A stretch of 64,000 nucleotides of DNA from Actinomycetota bacterium (GTDB lineage: Bacteria; Actinomycetota; UBA4738; JACQTL01): positions 6,852-70,851 of the forward strand of contig JBHELK010000080.1 of the NCBI GenBank assembly GCA_046263085.1. The letters are read 5' to 3'. This document shows positions 58,566 through 64,000 of the stretch, in pieces (position 1 is the first letter of the stretch; each line of letters begins with the position of its first letter). The notes beneath the pieces were generated by a model that was not told the origin of the DNA, searched no databases, and was given only the letters and a program-made list of their open reading frames with translations. Both the position numbers and the translations under genes were made by a program.

Positions 58566-59525
58566 TCACGCTGCCTCCTTCGACAACCATTCGAGGACCG
58601 CCCGCCTGACGATCCCCGGGTGCCCCATGCGGTGACGGAGCCAGGTCTCCAGCCCTCCGACGGGCGCGAGGTTCTGCGGCGCCCGCGGATCGGTGGGGCG
58701 TCCGGCAAAGCGCGGCAACACGGTCGTGACGAGATCGGCGAGCCGGACCGCCCGGTCGACGCCGATCCCCGCCGGAACCTCGCATCGCACGATGCCGGCG
58801 TGGTCGTGCCACGGCGGCCGCAGCGGGACGAGGCGCAGGTACCAGGCGTATCGCTCCACGGCTTGGCCCGGCAGCTCGAGGCCGAACACCGGCGTGCGCT
58901 CCCCGGCCTCGAGGATCGACAGCAATCTCTCCTGCTCCGCCTCCAGATACCGGCGGGCGAAGCGCTTGACCATGCCGACCACCGGGGCCTTCGTCTCGTC
59001 GCGGAGCGACAGCGGCCCGTCCACCAGGACGAGCTCGGTTCCCGCGCCGGCCACCTCGGCGGCCAGGGCCGCCTCTCGCTCCCGCATGAGGTCCTGCAGC
59101 CGAAGCAGCGGCCGGTCGGGGTCGTCCTTCGGATCGGTGGCCGACTCGAATCCGAGCCGATGGGCCCCGCACGGGACCTCCACACGCTCCGGAACCAGTC
59201 CCCCGACAGTCACCACGGCGCGAGCCACGGCGTGTGACGCGAACTCGGCGCTGCCGTCGCAGCGAACCGCGCCCACCGCGTACGAGCCGAAGAGTCCCGG
59301 AACCCGGCGGGAGCCGTCCGGCGCCTCCGCGATCAAGCGCACGTCCACCCGGCGAACGCCGTCCACGAACCACACCGCGGCGGGCCCGGGGCCGGAGGGG
59401 GAGACCGGACGGGACCAGTCCGAGGTCTCGACGAACGGGTCGGCCCGGTGCGGCGGCTCCTCGAGGGCGGCCTGGAACCCCATGCCGTAGTCCGGCATCC
59501 AGGGGTCGGCGCGCAGCTTCAGCAT
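58566..59525 (-). CDS. NurA-like nuclease (RNase H-like fold).
   Basis: AAVWFVDGVRRV and LVLVDGPLSL aspartate motifs typical of the NurA domain. Directly upstream of the herA-like gene. The N-terminal ORF-track extension is rejected. Confidence 0.55.
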   Translation of the reverse strand: MLKLRADPWMPDYGMGFQAALEEPPHRADPFVETSDWSRPVSPSGPGPAAVWFVDGVRRVDVRLIAEAPDGSRRVPGLFGSYAVGAVRCDGSAEFASHAVARAVVTVGGLVPERVEVPCGAHRLGFESATDPKDDPDRPLLRLQDLMREREAALAAEVAGAGTELVLVDGPLSLRDETKAPVVGMVKRFARRYLEAEQERLLSILEAGERTPVFGLELPGQAVERYAWYLRLVPLRPPWHDHAGIVRCEVPAGIGVDRAVRLADLVTTVLPRFAGRPTDPRAPQNLAPVGGLETWLRHRMGHPGIVRRAVLEWLSKEAA

Positions 59526-59538
59526 CGTCGCCAGCGTA

Positions 59539-60000
59539 ATGAGGGGCAGTGACACGACCAAGGAACCGCGGCCCGAAAGACCGACAAAGATGCAAGATGA
59601 CCTCGTGGCCAGGGACGATGCGCCGTCGACGAAGCCCCTGCTCGACAAGCTGGGGGTGAGGCCGGAGCACCGGATCAGCGTCCTGGGCCGGTTCGAGCCC
59701 GCCTTCCTGGCCGAGCTGGCGACCCGGACCGACGACGTCTCCACGCGGCGGCGGGCACGGAGCGAGCTGTTGTTCCTCCTCGTGGAGAGCCGTTCCGAGC
59801 TCCGGAAGCTCCGAACGCAGCGGAACTTCATCACGCCGGAGGGCGCGGTCTGGGCCGTGTGGCCGAAGGGATCCAAGGACGTCAACGAGAACGACGTGCG
59901 CGACGCGGCCATCGCCTCGGGCCTGGTCGACGTCAAGGTCGTGTCGTTCTCGGAGCGGCTCTCCGCGCTGAAGCTGGTGATCCGTCTGAAGGACCGCTAG
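59539..60000 (+). CDS. DUF3052-family protein.
   Basis: C-terminal region ...ITPEGAVWAVWPKGS...VRDAAIASGLVDVKVVSFSE. The alternative start is the ATG at 59590. Confidence 0.55.
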   Translation: MRGSDTTKEPRPERPTKMQDDLVARDDAPSTKPLLDKLGVRPEHRISVLGRFEPAFLAELATRTDDVSTRRRARSELLFLLVESRSELRKLRTQRNFITPEGAVWAVWPKGSKDVNENDVRDAAIASGLVDVKVVSFSERLSALKLVIRLKDR

Positions 60001-61284
60001 CTAGGCGCGCGAGCGGCGAGGGTCGAGCGCCTCGAGGCCCGCCCGGAGCGCCTTGACCGCCGATTCCATGTCGCCGGCCGCGAGGTCCATCTCCCCGATC
60101 TCGCGCCAGCACGACGCCTCCTGCTGCCTCGCGCCACGGTCCCCGAACAGCGTGGCGGCCCGCCGCAGGGCCTCGCTGGCCTCGTCGCGCCGAGCCAATG
60201 CGGCGAGCGCCCGCCCCTTGAGGAACAGGCACCGGGCGATCTCCAGGGCGTCCTGAGCGTCCTCCAGCGCGCGGTCCGCGTGGGTCACCGCCTCGTCGAA
60301 CTGCGACCGGAGCACCGCGATGCGCGCCCGCTCCGTGAAGACGTACGCCAGGTCACCCGGCATGGACGCGCCGTCGGCCAGCAGGGTCTGCGCCCGGTCG
60401 AGGTGCCACTCGGCGTCCTCGCCCCTGGGCGGCTCCGCCTCCAGGCAGATGAAGGCGTACGCGTTGTGCAGTCGAGCAACACGGCGCGTGTCCTCGATCT
60501 GCTCCATCAGCAACCGGGCGCGCGTGGCGTAGTCCAGTGCCTCGTCCCATCGCTTGGCCTCCGCGAGCACGCGGCTCGCGTGCCAGTACGTGGTGGCCTG
60601 GACGTAGAGCGATGCTCCCTGCTCGGCCGCCGCCAGCGCGCGCTTCGCCGCCCGCTCGGCCCGCAGCACGTCCCCCCGCTCGAAGTACACGGAGAGCAGC
60701 ACCGAATGCAGATCTGCCGCGACGGACGGATCGAGCGCCTCCCGGTCGCTCGCGTTGAGGTGGTTCTCGATGACGTCGGCCGCGTAGGCGAGGTCGCCCA
60801 CGGCCCGGTACGCCCGGGACAGGTTCCCGACCGCCACCCCCCGGTCCCGGTCGCACAGGTCGCCCTCCAGCGCCTCCTCGAACGTCTCGACCGCATCGCG
60901 GAAGCTCCCGCCGAGGAGGTGGGCCTCGCCGAGGGCGGCCCGGGCCGAGGCCAGGATGCGGCCCAGCCCGTACTGCTCGGCCTGGGCCAGGACCGGGCGC
61001 AGGATGCGGTCGGCCTCCCCGGGCTGGGAATCCCGAAGAGCCTGCCTGGCCTCTTCGAGCTGGTAGCGGAGCGAGGGCTCGAGGTCCTCGGGGACGCCGG
61101 TGGCCAGGAAGGCCGGGGTGACCCCCAGCTTCCCGGCGATGAAGGCCATGGCCTCTCCGGAGGGCTTTCGGCGCCCGGCCTCGATCTGGCTGATGTAGCT
61201 GACGGAGTACCGAGGGCGGGCCAGAGCCGTCTGAGTCAGCCCTGCGCCCTCGCGAAGCTCCTTGAGGCGAGCAGCCATCTGCAT
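60001..61284 (-). CDS. XRE-family HTH transcriptional regulator with a long TPR-like helical-repeat C-terminal domain (427 aa).
   Basis: HTH_XRE (LKELREGAGLTQTALARPRYSVSYISQIEAGRRKP), followed by about 340 aa of TPR-like repeats. Confidence 0.8.
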   Translation of the reverse strand: MQMAARLKELREGAGLTQTALARPRYSVSYISQIEAGRRKPSGEAMAFIAGKLGVTPAFLATGVPEDLEPSLRYQLEEARQALRDSQPGEADRILRPVLAQAEQYGLGRILASARAALGEAHLLGGSFRDAVETFEEALEGDLCDRDRGVAVGNLSRAYRAVGDLAYAADVIENHLNASDREALDPSVAADLHSVLLSVYFERGDVLRAERAAKRALAAAEQGASLYVQATTYWHASRVLAEAKRWDEALDYATRARLLMEQIEDTRRVARLHNAYAFICLEAEPPRGEDAEWHLDRAQTLLADGASMPGDLAYVFTERARIAVLRSQFDEAVTHADRALEDAQDALEIARCLFLKGRALAALARRDEASEALRRAATLFGDRGARQQEASCWREIGEMDLAAGDMESAVKALRAGLEALDPRRSRA

Positions 61285-61331
61285 GGGGGAAGGGCCGACT
61301 TTACACCGCCCCCCCTGCCTTCACAACGGTT

Positions 61332-61361
61332 TTGACTGATTGTTAAGACCCTGAGTACAAT
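61332..61361 (+). promoter_or_regulatory. Near-consensus housekeeping promoter TTGACT-N18-TACAAT driving the 32-codon ORF.
   Basis: TTGACT at 61332-61337, TACAAT at 61356-61361. Lies in an AT-richer intergenic region, followed by a GGGAGG Shine-Dalgarno sequence. Confidence 0.5.
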
Positions 61362-61389
61362 CCGGCGCTCTGAACGAGGGAGGAACGAC

Positions 61390-61488
61390 ATGCGCCGATT
61401 TGCTGGTCTCGCCGCCGTTCTCGCGGTCGTGGTTGCGCTCGTGCTGGGGAGCACGGCCAGCTTCCCCTGGAACCTGCCGCTTCCCTAG
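61390..61488 (+). CDS. 32-aa signal-peptide-like small ORF (MRRFAGLAAVLAVVVALVLGSTASFPWNLPLP); candidate secreted pro-peptide.
   Basis: GAGGGAGG Shine-Dalgarno sequence 6 nt upstream of the ATG and a strong -35/-10 pair. Layout is a basic N-terminus, hydrophobic core, then a short polar/aromatic tail. Divergent from the XRE-TPR regulator. Confidence 0.45.
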   Translation: MRRFAGLAAVLAVVVALVLGSTASFPWNLPLP

Positions 61489-61590
61489 CGCGGCCAGAAC
61501 CCGGCGGGTCTCCCGTCGTGGGACGGGGCGAGCGGGCGTACCACCTCTCCAACCGCCAGGGACGTCCGCTCGCAGCCCGTCAGACGCCCG

Positions 61591-62598
61591 ATGACCCGCC
61601 GAATCGTCATCGCGTCGGCCGATCCGGCCCTCCGCGCCAGGATCCTCGACCTCCTGAGCTCCGTTCCGATCGAGGTCGTCCGCGAGCCCATCACCGGTGA
61701 CCAGGCCCTCCTGGCCTGTACCACCGAGGAGATCGACGCCGCCGTGCTCGACCAGGACCTGCCGGGCACGGCCGGATCCGACGTCGCCGACCTGGTCCGG
61801 GACGTGGGGGGCGGCGTCGACGTGGTCGTCGTCTACCGGGGCGATCGTCCCGAGGACGAGCCGAACGCCCTCGACGTGTCGGGCCCGGACTTCGACCGCG
61901 CCCTGCTCTCCGCGATCGGCGTCGTCCACTCCCTCGACCGGATCGGGCTCTTCGTCGTGGACGACCACGAGATGGTCCGACGCGGACTGCGGGACCTGGC
62001 GGCCGAGGAACCCGACATCGAGGTGGTCGGCGAGTGGCCTCGGGCCCAGGGAGCGGTGGAGGAGATCGACCGCGTCCAGCCGGACCTCGCGCTCCTGGAC
62101 CTGCGGCTGCCCGACGGCGACGGCGTGGAGCTCTGCCGGGAGATCCGGTCGCGCATCCCGAGCGTCCGGTGCCTGATGTTCACCGCCCACGCGGACGACG
62201 AGGCGCTGCTGCGCTCGATCATGGCCGGAGCGGGGGGGTACCTCCTGAAGCAGGGATCGAGCGACGACCTCGTCGAGGGGATCCGCACGATCGCGGCCGG
62301 AGGATCCCTCATCGACCCGGCCGCGGCGGAGTCCATGGTGGGGGCCCTGCTGCAGTCGCCCGAGACAGGCCAGCCACTGTCCGCCCAGCAGGAGCGGGTC
62401 CTGGAGCTCATCGTGGAAGGGCTCACGAACCGTGAGATCGCCGAGCGGCTCGGCCTCGCGGAGAAGACGGTCAAGAACTACGTGTCGGCGGTGCTGGACA
62501 AGCTGGACGTCAGGTCACGGACCCAGGCCGCGGTGTACGGAGCCAAGCGCCGGCTCCAGGCGCCGCCCGCCGGCGACACCGAGGGCGGCGGGTCCTAG
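61591..62598 (+). CDS. NarL/LuxR-family response regulator with an extra N-terminal degenerate receiver-like domain.
   Basis: Residues 1-115 are REC-like but atypical. Residues 120-240 are a canonical REC (VVDDHEMV...LLDLRLPDGDG...MFTAHAD...YLLKQ). C-terminal LuxR HTH. Confidence 0.85.
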   Translation: MTRRIVIASADPALRARILDLLSSVPIEVVREPITGDQALLACTTEEIDAAVLDQDLPGTAGSDVADLVRDVGGGVDVVVVYRGDRPEDEPNALDVSGPDFDRALLSAIGVVHSLDRIGLFVVDDHEMVRRGLRDLAAEEPDIEVVGEWPRAQGAVEEIDRVQPDLALLDLRLPDGDGVELCREIRSRIPSVRCLMFTAHADDEALLRSIMAGAGGYLLKQGSSDDLVEGIRTIAAGGSLIDPAAAESMVGALLQSPETGQPLSAQQERVLELIVEGLTNREIAERLGLAEKTVKNYVSAVLDKLDVRSRTQAAVYGAKRRLQAPPAGDTEGGGS

Positions 62599-63758
62599 CT
62601 CCGCCCCTCGAGCTCGCGGAGGATGTGCCGGGCGATCACGAGCCGCTGGATCTGGTTCGTCCCCTCGTAGATCTGCGTGATCTTCGCGTCGCGGAAGAAT
62701 CGTTCCACGGGGTAGTCCTTCATGTAGCCGTACCCACCCAGCACCTGGACGGCGTCGGTCGTGACCTTCATGGCGGTGTCGCTCGCGTAGGCTTTCGCGA
62801 CGCCGGCGAAGTAGCTCATCTTCGGGTCCTGTGAGTCCACCAGCGATGCGGCCCTGTACACCAGGAGCCTCGCGGCCTCGATCTCCATGGCCATGTCGGC
62901 GAGCAGGAACTGCACGCCCTGGAACCCGGAGATCTTCTGGCGGAACTGCTCGCGTTCGGTTGCGTAGCGGGCCGCGTAGTCGAACGCGCCCTGCGCGATC
63001 CCCAGGGCCTGCGCGGCGATCGTGGGCCGCGAGTAGTCGAGCGTCCGCATCGCCGTGCGGAACCCCGTCGCCTCCTCGCCGATCAGGCGCTCCAGAGGAA
63101 TGAGCGTGTCCTCGAGGTACACCTCGCGGGTCGGCGAGCCGTGGATGCCCATCTTGCGCTCCTCCTTGCCGAAGGAGACGCCCGGGTCGTCACGCCCCAC
63201 GAGGAACGCGGAGATCCCTGCCGATCGGAGCTCGGGATCGCTCGTGGCGAAGACCGTGTACCAGTCCGACACACCGGCGCCGGTGATGAACCGCTTCGTG
63301 CCGTTCAGCATGAACACGCTGCCGGTCCGCTCGTACCTGGTGCGCATCGAGCCGGCATCGGACCCGCTCGCGGGCTCCGTGAGGCAGTAGCTCATCATGT
63401 GCTCGCCGCGGGAGATCCCGCCGAAGAGCTCGTGCTTCTGCTCATCCGATCCGACGAGCGAGACGGGGATGGCGCCGAGCCTGCTGACCAGCGGGATGAT
63501 GGCCACCCCGGCGGAGACGCGGGAGATCTCCTCGATCATCACCGCGACGGCCAGCGACCCGCCGCCGGCGCCCCCGAACTCCTCCGGATATCCCACGGCC
63601 ATGAGCTCGTTCTCCACGAGCACGTGGTGGATGTCGTGCGGGAACTCGTCCGTCGCGTCGATCTCCGCCGCCCGGGGCTCGATGCGGCTCTGCGCGATCT
63701 CCCGCACGAGCTTCCGGAACTGCTCCAGCTCCTCGGGGAGCGAGAACGCCGTCTCCAT
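62595..63758 (-). CDS. Acyl-CoA dehydrogenase.
   Basis: ACAD N-, middle- and C-terminal domains (YCLTEPASGSDAGS...QIYEGTNQIQRLVIAR). Confidence 0.9.
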   Translation of the reverse strand: METAFSLPEELEQFRKLVREIAQSRIEPRAAEIDATDEFPHDIHHVLVENELMAVGYPEEFGGAGGGSLAVAVMIEEISRVSAGVAIIPLVSRLGAIPVSLVGSDEQKHELFGGISRGEHMMSYCLTEPASGSDAGSMRTRYERTGSVFMLNGTKRFITGAGVSDWYTVFATSDPELRSAGISAFLVGRDDPGVSFGKEERKMGIHGSPTREVYLEDTLIPLERLIGEEATGFRTAMRTLDYSRPTIAAQALGIAQGAFDYAARYATEREQFRQKISGFQGVQFLLADMAMEIEAARLLVYRAASLVDSQDPKMSYFAGVAKAYASDTAMKVTTDAVQVLGGYGYMKDYPVERFFRDAKITQIYEGTNQIQRLVIARHILRELEGRS

Positions 63759-63784
63759 CACGCTCGGCCGGCGACGTCCGCGGG

Positions 63785-64000
63785 CTACGAGGCGCGCTTG
63801 ATGATCAGGGCGTCGCCCTGGCCGCCGCCGCCGCACAGGGAGGCGCCACCGAGGTCGACCGCGCGACGGCGCATCTCGAGGGCCAGCGTCAACACGAGGC
63901 GGGCACCGCTGGCACCGATCGGGTGGCCGAGAGCCACGGCGCCGCCGTTCACGTTCACCAGCGACTCGTCGACGCCGAGCATCCTGGTGGCGTTGAGTGC
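63785..64000 (-). CDS. Acetyl-CoA acetyltransferase (thiolase), C-terminal part; the gene continues beyond the window end.
   Basis: Thiolase C-terminal active-site motifs [19 protein letters not shown] and GGGQG. Confidence 0.85.
   Translation of the reverse strand, partial: ALNATRMLGVDESLVNVNGGAVALGHPIGASGARLVLTLALEMRRRAVDLGGASLCGGGGQGDALIIKRAS

Overview
This is a roughly 70% GC actinobacterial chromosomal segment. Gene order matches the Mycobacterium-type core neighbourhood: secA–hpf–comF, sahH/ahcY, a manB–SIS isomerase block, DUF3499, whiB, and fbiC/fbiA/fbiB. Gene density is high (about 60 genes, mostly on the minus strand), with many ATGA/GTGA start–stop overlaps. The identified contents are as follows.
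(1) A FIST-sensor gene coupled to a class III adenylyl cyclase gene (two adjacent CDS).
(2) A frameshifted TolB-propeller/RTX secreted protein gene immediately downstream of secA.
(3) A manB–trm112–SIS–PNP–ahcY operon.
(4) A small-gene cluster (Zn-ribbon, DUF3499, whiB) with shared upstream palindromes.
(5) An L,D-transpeptidase, a DUF5719-like gene and a giant GT2–membrane gene.
(6) A 15-bp tandem-repeat gene encoding a KSTAR-repeat basic protein, immediately downstream of whiB.
(7) F420 biosynthesis genes (fbiC divergent from cyclase–fbiA–fbiB), with a deletion relic of a paralogous alpha/beta-hydrolase–cyclase gene in the divergent promoter region.
(8) An ~11-kb ABC-transporter-dependent cell-wall glycopolymer island: rmlB, rmlD, wzm, wzt, GT4, wbbL-like GT2, manC, an LCP ligase, and a coiled-coil protein plus a GT4–DUF4214–methyltransferase that resembles a WbdD-type chain terminator.
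(9) An ECF sigma / ZAS anti-sigma pair.
(10) A DUF4331–TPR–(periplasmic domain)RcnA–lipoprotein operon.
(11) A nurA–herA–sbcD–sbcC four-gene operon resembling the archaeal HerA–Mre11–Rad50–NurA end-resection module.
(12) An XRE-HTH/TPR regulator divergent from a strongly expressed 32-codon signal-peptide-like ORF followed by a dual-REC LuxR response regulator, which is a candidate RNPP/AimR-like peptide signalling module.
No rRNA, tRNA, CRISPR array or mobile-element gene was recognisable by eye. Many long arginine-rich antisense ORFs in the six-frame track are GC artefacts.
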